Assembly (NCBI RefSeq): GCF_001194135.2
Contig: NC_068981.1
Location: 33,294,375 to 33,358,374 of the forward strand
Origin: Octopus bimaculoides
Lineage: Eukaryota
Direction of reading: 5' to 3'
DNA: 64,000 nucleotides
Shown: positions 1 to 12,657 of the stretch, one piece after another
Layout: the number at the start of each line of letters is the position of its first letter
How positions within the stretch are numbered: position 1 is the first letter of the stretch
Made by a program: the position numbers and the translations under genes
Notes under the pieces: model-generated
What the model saw: the letters and a program-made list of their open reading frames with translations, nothing else
Databases searched by the model: none
What the model was told of the DNA's origin: nothing

Positions 1-33
<33 letters not shown>

Positions 34-526
34 TAGTATACAATATTTATTATAGCCCATCTTACCAATCCATTTCACAGATGAATTAAGAAATTAGGTT
101 ATTACCTAAGACTGCACTTGTCAGAGTGGCAGATACAGAAAATATTGCAACAAATACGTGTGTGTGTGTGTGTGTGTGTGTGGATGCACACACACATACC
201 TAATTATTGGTATTACTAATCTGAGAATAGAAGGTATAAAGATAATTCTTGCATATCAATTCACTATGTGCCATCAATTGCATCAAAATCAATCACTATA
301 ATAATGAGAAAAACTGAACATCATGATGACTTTCCAAAAATGTTTGTACATGTCATCAATTACTTGGCTTCATCTGCTTTTCTTCTTAGTAAATGTAATA
401 TTGTAAATTCAAAATATATTGTCGTAAAATATGCAATCCCTTGCATCAGCCCTCAAACAGTTGAGAGAATGTCATTCATTCCCTCATATTGCCCTTACTT
501 TTCAAAGTGCAATACATACATATAAA

Positions 527-558
<32 letters not shown>

Positions 559-1290
559 NNNNNNNNNNNNNNNNNNNNNNNNNNNNNNNNNNNNNNNNNN
601 NNNNNNNNNNNNNNNNNNNNNNNNNNNNNNNNNNNNNNNNNNNNNNNNNNNNNNNNNNNNNNNNNNNNNNNNNNNNNNNNNNNNNNNNNNNNNNNNNNNN
701 NNNNNNNNNNNNNNNNNNNNNNNNNNNNNNNNNNNNNNNNNNNNNNNNNNNNNNNNNNNNNNNNNNNNNNNNNNNNNNNNNNNNNNNNNNNNNNNNNNNN
801 NNNNNNNNNNNNNNNNNNNNNNNNNNNNNNNNNNNNNNNNNNNNNNNNNNNNNNNNNNNNNNNNNNNNNNNNNNNNNNNNNNNNNNNNNNNNNNNNNNNN
901 NNNNNNNNNNNNNNNNNNNNNNNNNNNNNNNNNNNNNNNNNNNNNNNNNNNNNNNNNNNNNNNNNNNNNNNNNNNNNNNNNNNNNNNNNNNNNNNNNNNN
1001 NNNNNNNNNNNNNNNNNNNNNNNNNNNNNNNNNNNNNNNNNNNNNNNNNNNNNNNNNNNNNNNNATATATATATATATATATATAACTTTATGCCTTTGA
1101 GTGTGCGTATCAGTCTATTTGCATGTGTGCGTGCATGTATATATATATATACATACAAGCATATGTATGTAGATATATATATATATCCATTACATATAAT
1201 GTAATATATATACATTATGTAAATATTCATACACACATTTTCTATACACAAAATAATGTTGATGATAATGATATGTAAACATATATATAT

Positions 1291-1321
<31 letters not shown>

Positions 1322-1491
1322 TAGACAGACAGACAGATAGATAGACAGTCAAGAAGACAGACAGTGACACAGAGATAGATTGATTGACAGAGAATTTGAT
1401 AACATCATACTTTTCATTCTAACATGTTGATAAATGCATGTCAACCTTTCATAAGCCAGTCAGATTGCACCAAGTCATGATAATAATAACG

Positions 1492-1558
<67 letters not shown>

Positions 1559-1687
1559 TAATAATGATGAAAATAATCATAGTAATAACAAACAATTTTA
1601 AGAAATTACAGAAATTAATATAACCATGTTTAGCTCTCTGGTTGCTGTTCTGCTTCTTCCACCACAGTCATTTCCAGATTGTCTGGG

Positions 1688-1877
1688 CTAGCTGACCGCT
1701 GATTTGGACATAATGCGGCCCTGAAACCCCCCATAGTATAAAACCTGTGCAAATATAGACAAATCAATAGATATTTGTAAGACACCACAAATCCAAAACT
1801 GAGCAGGCGCTGCTCTTAAAATAAAATATACAGTTTTGAAGACATCTCCTAGAGTCCAAAAACCAACCATTTTTTTA
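1688..1877 (-). CDS. PQLC1: PQLC1 last coding exon (190 nt, ends TAG)
   Basis: (S)KKMVGFWTLGDVFKTVYFILRAAPAQFWICGVLQISIDLSIFAQVLYYGGFQGRIMSKSAVS*, similar to PQLC1 [45 protein letters not shown]. Acceptor tattctttttcAG| at 1879-1878 completes AG|T (Ser). The four exons total 762 nt = 253 aa plus stop. Confidence 0.96.
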
Positions 1878-1969
1878 CTGAAAAAGAATAGAGGAAAAAA
1901 TATGTAAAAAAAAAATTGACAAGAAGAAAAACGTGGCAAAGTATATATGTGGGTTTTCTATTTATGTGT

Positions 1970-2025
<56 letters not shown>

Positions 2026-3699
2026 ATAACAAGTAATATCAAATTATCATCCATCAAAATATAATTCAGAGCCACAAATATATTTATATATGTGCATGCT
2101 TGTGTGTGTGTGTGCATGTGTGAATGTGTTTGTGTGTGTGTCTGTATGTAGCTGTGCATGTATAAATATGTATGCATATATATAAGTGCAAATACATGTA
2201 CATATGTGTGCATATATATTTACATATGGTTACAATATATCTATGTGTATGTAAAATATAAACATAAACAATGTATCTACAAGAGAGAGAGAGAGAGAGA
2301 GAGTGGAGTATATAATAGATTCTACATACTTGCCTACAAGCATGTATTTTATGTGTGCTCATATGCAAAATAATAAACATTAAGACACTGAACACACACA
2401 CACACATATACACACATATTCCTAATCCTAATTTATTTTTGATATAACACTGGAGTAATATCTGCTGTGATGGCAAGCAGGAAACAAATTTTCAATTATG
2501 CAACAGTTAACAACTTACAGCTGTTACCATCATATTATTGTACATGGTATCTGTGTCTCTTGAGAAATATTTAGATGCCAGTAAAGCATTACAATATCAT
2601 GCATTTATTATCAGGAACAGCAGAAATTTAGAGAGTTAAGCGAGCAAAAGCATATTTAATTATTATGACAATGAAGAGCTGAAGGGTATTCAGATACGGT
2701 GGTAAAAGAGAAACAATATTAGCTGATGGTCAATACTGTTGTTATCAGTGTCCACGGGAGATAACTTTGTATATATGTTTCTCATTAGTTGAAGTTTTTT
2801 TAACTGATCCAGACGCTGTCACATCATTGTTTTAACATCCATTTTTCCATGTTTGAATGGATCGGATGATATTTGTTGAGCAGATGAGATTATAAACAAA
2901 GGATACTGCCTGCATGATGGTGAGACTGTTTTACAACATGGCATTGATTTGTAATAAAACCCAAAGATAGCCAAACTCATACACCACTTTGACAGTTTGG
3001 TTATTAGTTGTTATATCAATCTTGATCATATGCTGTCAAAATAATCAATGATTCAGTTTTGTCAAAATTTACAATATCATGCAATGTCAAGTTAAGGAGA
3101 CAGTAACTCACACACATACACAAACACACACACATATGCATTCAAATATACACACACACACACACAGACAACAGGTTTTTGCTTTAGGCGTCTTACCATA
3201 CACCCATGTCTGTGCCAACTGCTCAGATGTCTTTAAACAATTGAATCTCTATGTAAACATACTTATATGTAGGTTTGTTGGTATAATTTTAAAAAATACT
3301 AGAAAATGAAATTATTCTTAGTTGTCAGCAGCATGAAAATTAGACATTTAAGAGCATGGCTGCGTGGTTAAAATGCTTGCTTTGTGACCACATGGTTCAA
3401 GGTTCAATCTCACTGCACGAAACCTTAGGCAAGCATTTTCTACTATTGTCTTTTTAAAATGCTTCTTCACTGTTTCCTTAAGACTCAGCAAGAATATTTA
3501 AAAAATGTACTTTAGTGGAAAACACATTCAGTCTTTGTGAAGGTTAAATATTTAATATTTGATTCATTCTATGGCTCTGAATACAAATGAGAAACCAAAC
3601 ACTTTGATGCAAACAAGAAACTATTTGAGACTGTCAAAACTTTGAAGTAGATTTTGACATGATACAAATTTCTGAATCCTATCAATTTTTTTAAAAAAT

Positions 3700-4060
3700 A
3701 GGTTCTCATATCCAGGTTCAGTCCCACTGCATGGCACCTTGGGCAAGTGTCTTCTACTATAGCCTCAGGCCGACCAAAGCCTTGTGAGTGCATTTGGTAG
3801 ATGGAAACTGAAAGAAGCCCGTCGTATATATATATATATATATATGTATGTATATGTTTGTGTGTCTGTGTTTGTCCCCCCAACATCACTTGACAACCGA
3901 TGCTGGTGTGTTTATGTCCCCGTCACTTAGAGGTTCGGCAAGAGAGACCAATAAAATAAGTACTAGGCTTACAAAGAATAGGTCCTGAGGTCAATTTGCT
4001 CGACTAAAGGCGGTGCTCCAGCATGGCTGCAGTCAAATGATTGAAACAAATAAAAGAAAA
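3700..4060 (+). mobile_element. SINE family A
   Basis: GGTTCAGTCCCACTGCATGGCACCTTGGGCAAG ... GGCGGTGCTCCAGCATGGCTGCAGTC. Confidence 0.85.
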
Positions 4061-4082
4061 AATATATCAATATCAGAACGTA

Positions 4083-4923
4083 TTGAAGGGAGACCTCATG
4101 AAACTGAAACTTACAGTGGAGATGACAAAGGACCGAGATATCTGGTGCTTTGCCATATTCAAAAAGACCCATCCTCCACATCAGAAGTGTTGATGTTGCT
4201 CCCCCTCTAAGATGCTTTTAATTTCATTTCATTTTTTTACCCTTATGCTTCTTTGCCAACACCCTACCACTTATATTATGACCCCTATACCTTGAGGGTA
4301 TGCCCTGGCACTTGCCATCATCTATTTCTCTTTTCTTTTACTCAACCATCCCATTTATATTCTGATCCCCATTCCTTGTGAGTATGCCCCAACACTTCAC
4401 CACCATCTCTCTCCTACTCTCTCTTGCACTCTTGCTATCTCTCTCTCTCTCTCTCTTTCTTTCTCCTCAGGCTGGATAGCCATGTATCTCCTTTACAGAA
4501 GCACACTTGTTTCTGTTCTCATTCTTGATCACTCACTCACTCACTCTCACTCTCTCTCTCTCTCTCTCTCTCTCTGGCCAGGTGACCGTGTACCTCCTCT
4601 ACAGCAAGACACCTGTTTCTGTCTCTCCATCACACTTGAACCTTTCATCACCTGACACAAGATCGCCTCCTTCAATGCCTCTTCTCCTCTCAAAGGATCT
4701 TTGTCTTGCAAGTTACTTAATAACCCTACCAGTGTTGGTGCCATGCAAAAACCATCCTCTCCACACTGTAAAGTGGTTGGCATTTGGAAGGGTATCCAGG
4801 TGTACAAACCATGCCAAAACAGACACAGAAGTTTAGCGCAGGCTCCTGCTAGGCCAGCTCCTGTCAGACCGTCCAACCCATGCCAGCATGGAAGGCAGAT
4901 GTTAAACGATGATGATGATGATG
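4083..4923 (+). mobile_element. Decayed RTE LINE 3' region
   Basis: LKGDLMKLKLTVEMTKDRDIWCFAIFKKT at 4083 resembles the 34.5-kb ORF end; the region ends in the same CCCATGCCAGCATGGAAGGCAGATGTTAAAC(GAT)n tail. Whether the middle belongs to the same element is uncertain. Confidence 0.55.
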
Positions 4924-5159
4924 AAGTCTTCCACTTGGCTTTTTTTCTAAGGGCTTTTCAGCAACCAACTATTTTTGAAGACCATCTATCTTTATGACAA
5001 GTCTCAAAAACCTAACTTTTAGCAAGTTTAGTTCTCTTACAAAGTTCCACTTAACTCTAGTTTGGTCCAGTCAAGCTTAGTATTCTTTTATAATACCAAA
5101 CATGGAAATTCTTCATCTTTTCTCTATCAGCTGTTTAAAAATCCAGTATTCAAGTCCAT

Positions 5160-5460
5160 ATGTTGATATTGGAAATAGCAAAACATGCAGCAATTTAAAT
5201 TTTTTTATTTATTTTTGTGTGTATTGATGAATTTTTGCAAATGTGGTTTGAAGAGATAACAGCAGATTTTGATCTGGCAATTGCTCTTTTTATCTCTTTT
5301 GCTCTCATGGCATTGATTTGTAATAAAACCCAAAGATAGCCAAACTCATACACCACTTTGACAGTTTGGTTATTAGTTGTTATATCAATCCTGATCATAT
5401 GTTGTCAAAATAATCAATGATTCAGTTTTGTCAAAATTAACGAAGAAATCACATTTCTCA
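5160..5460 (-). mobile_element. Decayed RTE-like RT C-terminal relic
   Basis: ORF 5195-5398: VKVVYEFGYLWVLLQINAMRAKEIKRAIARSKSA resembles RTE V.EF.YLGS...KEIKRRIA.AK.AF. Confidence 0.55.
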
Positions 5461-5864
5461 TTTTTTCCTTTTTATTTTTTTTATCAAAATCCTCAATTCT
5501 TTTAAGCTACCAGCAATAAGGACAGTATTAGTAACTGCTCTTTCACTGATTTTAACTGTACCATCAAACACTATGATATCTTGCCTTGCAGATGCTAAAG
5601 AGAATGGAGAAAGGATGCATCCTTGTCATACCCACCACTCAGATCACTCATTGAGATCCACCTTAGTTGACAGTTACTGTTTGCTGAGAATAGAACATTT
5701 TAAAGTCTTTATAAAATGTCGAGGAAATCCCATTTCTGTTATCACTGACCATAATTTTTCATAACTTTGCCAAAAGCATTTTATTTTATTTTTTTATGGT
5801 CAACGAAAAGAATAAATAATTCTTCAACTTGCTCTTTACTTTTTTTGGATAACCATCTTTAGGC

Positions 5865-6042
5865 TAAAGATGGCTGGTTGCTAAATGTGGATGGAACGTG
5901 TTGAAAAGGGAGTCCGAGGAAGTAGTGAAAACTGACCTCAGGATGTAGAACCTTACAGAGGAGATGACAAAGGGCTGCAATGATTGATGATTCACTGTGC
6001 TTGAGAAGACCTATTTGTCTCAGTAAAACTGAAGCCCTAAAA
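5865..6042 (+). mobile_element. Decayed RTE 3' region interrupted by the hAT MITE
   Basis: GAAAACTGACCTCAGGATGTAGAACCTTACAGAGGAGATGACAAAG...GTGCTTGAGAAGACC parallels the 34.5-kb RTE end. Confidence 0.5.
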
Positions 6043-6335
6043 CAGTGGTTCCCAAAGTGGGTGGTACTGCCCCCTGGGAGCGGTGGAAAGACTCAGGAGG
6101 ATGTTGAAGAAAAGTAGGGTGATAATGGAGTGGCCGAAATGATGCAATAAATGTTGAAAAAAACCCAAAATAATGGATTAATTATGTTAACTTTTATTTG
6201 TGAAATATAGTTGTTTTGAATTTGCTGCAGAAAGTAGTCTATGCTTATAGTAGTAAGTTTGGAGTGGGGTGGGGTACTGTGGATGAGGTCTGGGTGCCAA
6301 GGGGGCGGCAGCCTGAAAAGATTTGCAAACCACTG
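6043..6335. mobile_element. hAT-type MITE
   Basis: 14-bp TIRs CAGTGGTTCCCAAA / TTTGCAAACCACTG (2 mismatches) and a perfect 8-bp TSD CCCTAAAA at 6035-6042 and 6336-6343. Confidence 0.9.
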
Positions 6336-7029
6336 CCCTAAAAGCATTATGTTTATGTCTGTGGCCCCACACCCAGACTGTCTTGTCAAATCTTCACCCA
6401 TCTCTTCTTCCTAATCATGGCAGTATTCATTCAGCTGCTTTGATAATATGTAGAAGTGCAAATATTTCATCTCTTCTGAGTTGCCATTTATCCTCACCTT
6501 GGAACCATTTTCTTTTGTCACCTAACCCTCATTCTTAATATCACCACTTCCCACTTTATTTTCCATTAAACACTCCTTTCTCTTGAGTTACATCTTTCTA
6601 CTGTTCAACAACCTCTCATATTTGCCAATGATGCCCCCCCCCACTCCTGCATCACTCATTATATTTACCCTTATATACTTCTGACCTCTATCTGTCACTG
6701 TGCATCCTTCTCCCCTCTCCCATACACTTCACATCATCTCCCTGTATACTGCTACTCTCCAGTCTTTTTGCACTGCCCCTTAACACCTTGTCTTCCCTGA
6801 CCCACTCCCATTTGCTTCACCTCTACCCATGCTAATATTGAAGATGGATGATGATGTTGATGATGATGGTGGTGGTGGTGGTGGTGGTGATGAGCCATTT
6901 CCAGTTATAAAATTACAGTCATAGTTGACTGTAATTCTTTTAGTAATAATGACCTGAAGAAGGTTTTTACTGGCATGATTTATCAGCACAATTATTCTAT
7001 TATTTCTATATTGAATTATCTTCTATTTT

Positions 7030-7211
7030 CTATCTTTTACTTGTTTCAGTTATTAGACTGTGGCCAAGCTGGAGCACCACCTTAAAGCATTTAGGTGAAC
7101 AAATTGACCCCAGTACTTATTTTTTCAGACTCTTTTACTGGACCACTAATTTACAGGGAGATAACCATTCCAAAATTTGTTGTCAAGCAGGGAAAAGGGA
7201 CAAACTCAAAG

Positions 7212-7280
<69 letters not shown>

Positions 7281-7442
7281 CAACAAGCTTCCACAAAATT
7301 CCTGTAAAACAAAATTACTCACAGAGCATTGGACTGGCAGCCTGGGGTTGTAGTAGAGGACATTTGCCCAAGGTGCTGTGCAATGGAACTGAACCCAAAA
7401 CCCTGTGATTACAACACAAGCTTCTTAACCATACAGCCATGC
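7030..7442 (-). mobile_element. SINE family A, older copy
   Basis: Diverged reverse-complement match over head, microsatellite and tail. Confidence 0.75.
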
Positions 7443-8316
7443 TGGTACTCATTTATTATTTTTTTTTTCTTCTGTCAATGTGATGAAAATATAAATTTGT
7501 TTGCTATATTTTTTTACCACTGATACAAATACCTCTTCACCATCTTTCTAAATTTCTATTGCTACATCATTTTTTTTTTTCAAATTGTTTTTACATTTTT
7601 ACATCAGAATTTTCTGGAGAGATTCTCGTTCTTCATTGTAATTTAAAATAGTGTAGCTAATCTTTTTGTTTAATTTTTTTAAGTGACTGCAACATGTCAC
7701 AGTCTTCAAAACTTGTAGAATAACTTTATTTTGAAAAAAAAAAATATATATTTTGGAGGTCTTTACACATGCTAATCAACAATAAAACAACACTATTTAA
7801 TTTGTCTTACCCAATATTTTTCTTAAATTAGTTCATTGCACAACTAGCATAAGAAATTATCAAAATGATATAAAATAAAAACATAAGTAACAGACAAACA
7901 AAACTACATTGTTTTCTACTTTTGTCTGTTGGTCACTTGACAGTCATTTGGTCATGTGATGCAATAGGTGTCTGCTGAAGGCTATGATAATAGCAGCATA
8001 TCTCTGTCTCTTTCTCTCTCTCTCTCTTTTTTTCTCTCTCTCTCTCTCTCTCTTTCTTTCTCTCTCTCTCTCTCTCTCTCACTCTCTCCCCCTCACCCCA
8101 GTAGTATATGCTGCTCTCACCATCACTTTCTGCATACTCACTACTTCTTTCTTTCTCTCTTTCTCTCACTCTTTCTTTTTTTCACTCCTCCTCTCTCTTT
8201 CTTTCTCTAAGTGTCCCTTATAATTCTTCTTTCCACTCACCCATCTTTTTAGCGTTACTATCACATACACATAAACCCCAATGCACACAGTTGATTTTAT
8301 GTAATATGACACTTAC

Positions 8317-8533
8317 CTCATTCCAACAGTAGACTTATTCTGAAAATTTTTATAAAACTGGGGCACACCTAAACAAGCCTCAGCAAACACAGCCAAAAAT
8401 CCAACTGTTTCAACATAGAATGTACTTTCAAGGAATAAGAAGTTCATCAAAGTGAGAAAGGCCACAAAGAAAATTAAAAACTGTAGATAACTAGCAAAGT
8501 CTGTCCACTTCCAGAAATAACGTGTATCAAAAT
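8317..8533 (-). CDS. PQLC1: PQLC1 coding exon 3 (217 nt)
   Basis: (D)FDTRYFWKWTDFASYLQFLIFF...YVETVGFLAVFAEACLGVPQFYKNFQNKSTVGM(S), with the second PQ motif. Acceptor ttttcattttAG| at 8535-8534 (phase 1); donor AG|GTAAGT at 8316 (phase 2). Confidence 0.96.
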
Positions 8534-8677
8534 CTAAAATGAAAACAGAAAATTGAAACAGAAAAATTTTGAAAAATAAAAAAGCATACATAAATAGGAA
8601 CATTTCATAGTTGCATTAAGAAATACATTAAAAACAAACAGAATTCATTAAAAAATAATCAAATTATCTTATTTGTA

Positions 8678-9070
8678 GGCATAACTGTGTAGTTAAGAAG
8701 TCCTAACCATGGTTGTGCGGTTAAGAAACTCACTTTGCAATATGGCTTTGGGTTCAGTCCCACTGCACAGCACCTTGGGCAAGTATATTTTGCCATTCCA
8801 TCCTATACCTTGTGAATGAATTTGACAGATGAAAATTCTGTAGAAGCCCATCGTGTGTGTGTGTGTGTCTGTTCCACCACCAATTAAACCAATTGATGTT
8901 AGTTTAATTACATTCTGGTAACTTGGCAGTTTGGCAAATTAGACCGATAGGATAAGTACCAGACTTTAAAAAATATGTACTGGAGTTGACTTGTTCAACT
9001 AAACCCTTTAAGACAGTGCCCCAGCATGGCCTCAGTGAATGACTGAAACAAGTGAAAGATAAAAGATAAA
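8678..9070 (+). mobile_element. SINE family A, older copy
   Basis: Diverged match; tail GAAACAAGTGAAAGATAAAAGATAAA. Confidence 0.75.
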
Positions 9071-9113
9071 TTAAATTTATTAAATTAAACAAATGTAAAT
9101 TGCTAGTTTCTTA

Positions 9114-9333
9114 CATTCTTTTATACTCGAGGCACAAGGCCCGAAATTTTGGGGGAGGAGGGAGGGCAGTTGATTAGATTAACCCCAGTATGCAACTGGT
9201 ACTTAATTTATCGACCCTAAGAGGATGAAAGGCAAAGCCAACCTCGGTGGAATTTGAACTCAGAACGTAAAGACAGACGAAATACTGCTAAGCATTTTGT
9301 CCGGTGTGCTAACATTTCTGCCAGCTCACCACC
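9114..9333 (-). mobile_element. SINE family B
   Basis: Reverse complement GGTGGTGAGCTGGCAGAAATGTTAGCAC...GTTCTGAGTTCAAATTCC...GCCTTTCATCC...GGGCCTTGTGCC. Other copies at about 22300(-), 23258(+), 39020(-), 43195(-), 53600(-), 54677(+) and 61925(+). Confidence 0.85.
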
Positions 9334-9454
9334 TTTTTCTGCATTCTTTTATTGATGAATATAACTAATAATTATGCATATGAGCCTAAAACCAGAAATA
9401 TTCTGTAGGGAAGAGTATAAGTGATGAAATCAAAGACAGTATTTAACAGTCTTT

Positions 9455-9657
9455 CATCTTTTATCTTGAACTTGTGTCAGCTATACTAGGGCTTGTCCTT
9501 GATGGGTTTAGTCAAACAAATCAACCCAAGTACTTATTTTTTAAGCCTTATTCTGCCAGTCTCTTTTGCCAAACTGCTAAGTAACAGGATGTCAACAAAC
9601 CAGCACTGTTTGTGAAGCTGTATGGGGTGGGGGAGAATCACATACAAGCATATATGT

Positions 9658-9692
<35 letters not shown>

Positions 9693-9715
9693 AACACAAA
9701 CAAACACACACATAA

Positions 9716-9764
<49 letters not shown>

Positions 9765-9948
9765 CATATACACACACACACACACACACACGCAATGAGC
9801 TTCCACACAGTTTCCATCTACCAAATTCACTCACAAGGCTTGGGTCAGCCCAGGGCTATAATAGAAGACTCTTGCCAAAGGTGCCGTGCAGTGGGATTGA
9901 ACCCAAAATCATGTTGTTGCCAAAAGATTCCTAACCACACAGACATGC
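9455..9948 (-). mobile_element. SINE family A, older copy
   Basis: Diverged reverse-complement match with expanded (CA)n(TA)n centre. Confidence 0.7.
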
Positions 9949-11305
9949 TTGTATCTAACTGGGTACTTTATTTCATTGACCATCAAAGGATCACTGGCAA
10001 AGCAAAAGCCTCACTACAATTGGAACTCAGATCATAAAAGGAAGTAAATATTATTAAAGAAAAATATAATTATGATTATATGATTTAAAATAAAATATAA
10101 TTAACAAAAATATTTATTTCCATCAATTTTACTTTCATATAATGTTGAATCTTAAATAAGTAAAATGCAACATAACTTCTTTTTATTCCTCATCCCATTT
10201 TTTGTTGTTGTTTTAATGAATTTTCTTTCTTTCTTTTTTTTAAATAACACTTTTTGTTCATGGGAGGTTTTGCCTGTCAACCTTCTGCTACCACCCACAT
10301 TTCATCCTCTAACACCCAAGAAGCATGAGTAATGGTGCCAAGTAAAAAGCACTGGTGATGGTGTCATGTAAAAAAAGCAGTGGTGATGGTGTTGCGTAAA
10401 AAGCACTGATGATGACGCCATGCAAAAAGCACAGGTGATGGTGCCACCTAGAAAGCACTGGTGCTGGTGTCACATAAAAGGCATTCAGTACATTCTGTAG
10501 AGTGATTGACATTAGGAAGGGCATTCAGCTATAGAAACCAAGCCAAAACAGACTATGGAACCTATTGCAGCTCCTTGTCTTGCCAGCTCCTATCAAACTG
10601 TCCAATCCATGCCAGCATGGAAAACAGTTGTTAAATGATAATGATAGTGATGATATGAAGCCATACTAAGATCACAGGTCATGAGTAGGTGACATCTAAC
10701 TTTTTAGAGAAACAAACTGACTGGTCTAAAGGTCATTCCAATCTATTTCTCCAAAATTCCTGTGAAAGATTTAAATTTGATATTGGAAGGTGGGGGAGCT
10801 GTTTTATATGTTGTTTATCATGTTTGATGACTGGGATTGGCTTTTCTTGCTGTTGTTTTTGTTGCTGTTGGAGCAATCACTTTTACAGCTAGATGCTTCC
10901 ACTAGTCTTCATCTCACAACGGTGAAACTAACTTTATGTCGAGTACAAGTATTAAGCATCTTACGAAAAGGCACAACAATAATTGTAGTAAGGTTTGAAG
11001 TCAGGATCATGTGGTCAGCAATCAAGTAAAGCCCAACAGCTATTGTGCCTCTCACAAAGGTAACAAATCATTGTGAATTACTCAAAGTTATTTGCTACTG
11101 GAAACAAGGAATGCAACACATGTAAGCTGTACTTTCCTTTGCTCCATGGCATCACTAAAAAGCAGTCCAGAGTTCATGATTTAACAGTTTCTGTCGACAC
11201 GTTATCTTCCAAAGGAGTATCCAACTACAATACTCACTTTTTAATATCTAAGAAATAAATTTAGATAAGCAGGGTGAGAAAGTAGATGGGTGCCAGAAAC
11301 AATAA

Positions 11306-11525
11306 CCCTTTAGCATTTAAACCAGCCATATCTGGCTCAAATATTCTACCTGTTTTGTGTTCAAACTGGCTAGAACTGACCTTTTACACCTCCCCTACAA
11401 TGTCATCCCCAAAACAGATGATTACATCACTGAAATCTCAAAGCTAAAACATAATGCACAATCAATTTAAAATGCTGTGAATAATTAAACATTAGATTTC
11501 ATAAAATAATCTGAATTCTAAAGGG
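11306..11525. mobile_element. piggyBac-like MITE
   Basis: TIRs CCCTTTAGCATT / AATTCTAAAGGG; TTAA on the right, ATAA on the left; homologous to the copy at 35042-35263 in opposite orientation. Confidence 0.8.
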
Positions 11526-12484
11526 TTAAAACTAATGCATGTAGATTCCCCAATTCCTACAGCTTGAGCCAACAAATCTGAACATATTGCCACAGCAATG
11601 TTGAAAGTAGGAGACACAAACTGTTTGAATAAACAACTACTGTGAAGAGATATATAATTGTTATGGTTGAGATTGGCTGAAACAGGCAGGAGATAAGACA
11701 AATCTAATCAAAAGGAAATCAATGTGCTTAGATATGTGGTAAGATAGGTACAGATGAAGGTGAAGCAGTTCTATCACATTAAAAAAAAAAAAAGACTGAT
11801 AACCATTACAATGAGTGAAGTTTTGATATTAATGGTGCTGAAGACAATGATGATGATAATGAGGAGTATGTTGAAGGGGATGGAGGAAAGACCTCAACAA
11901 CAACAATGATGAAGAATTTATAGAATATGAAAGGGCTGAATTAAGTAAAAATGCTTTCAAGAACCTCTTTGGATGCTTTATATGAGATAAAACACGAGGG
12001 AGGTTTAACATTGGTATCATCAATATAACATAAGACAATTGCACTAGACATTTTCCATCATTTTCATAATCACTCAAAGGAGTGGGGCTGGTAACGACAT
12101 CAACAATGATATCAGCAACAAAACATTTCAACAAAAATCAGTAACACTGAGACAAGTTATATTGGTTTTCATTTGTACAGGAATACCCAAGAAAAGGTTT
12201 TTATTTATATGTTTAATGACAAAGGGGAAAAATAAAGTATCCTAAGTTACTTATCGATGTTTTCTACAAACTTTATTGGTTTGCCAATACAACTCAATAA
12301 AAAAATGTTTTTTTATTAAACATCTTTTTATGTCTATTTTTGTTATATAATAACAGAAATTGAATAATTTTGCAAGTTTGGACATGTGTATGAATTCTAA
12401 GTGTAAGTTCTTTCTAAACAGGCATGATAATAAAGAACACTGTGAATAAGGTTATATTACATTATAGTATATTATATCATTATG

Positions 12485-12520
<36 letters not shown>

Positions 12521-12598
12521 ATATATATATATATATTTATATGATGATATATATATATATATATGATGATAATATATACATGTATATAAATGTATGAT

Positions 12599-12657
<59 letters not shown>

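Noticed and set aside
431-1251. Long ORFs (186-338 aa) here and at 14.1, 25.0-25.6, 26.7-27.4 and 46.5-47.5 kb
   Set aside because: They run through N gaps and (TA)n tracts and are artefacts of translating unknown bases.
10700-11240. Q-rich minus-strand reading (QQQQKQQQEKPIPVIKH...) as an extra exon
   Set aside because: It is interrupted by stops, has no convincing splice pair, and is more likely a very old LINE remnant.
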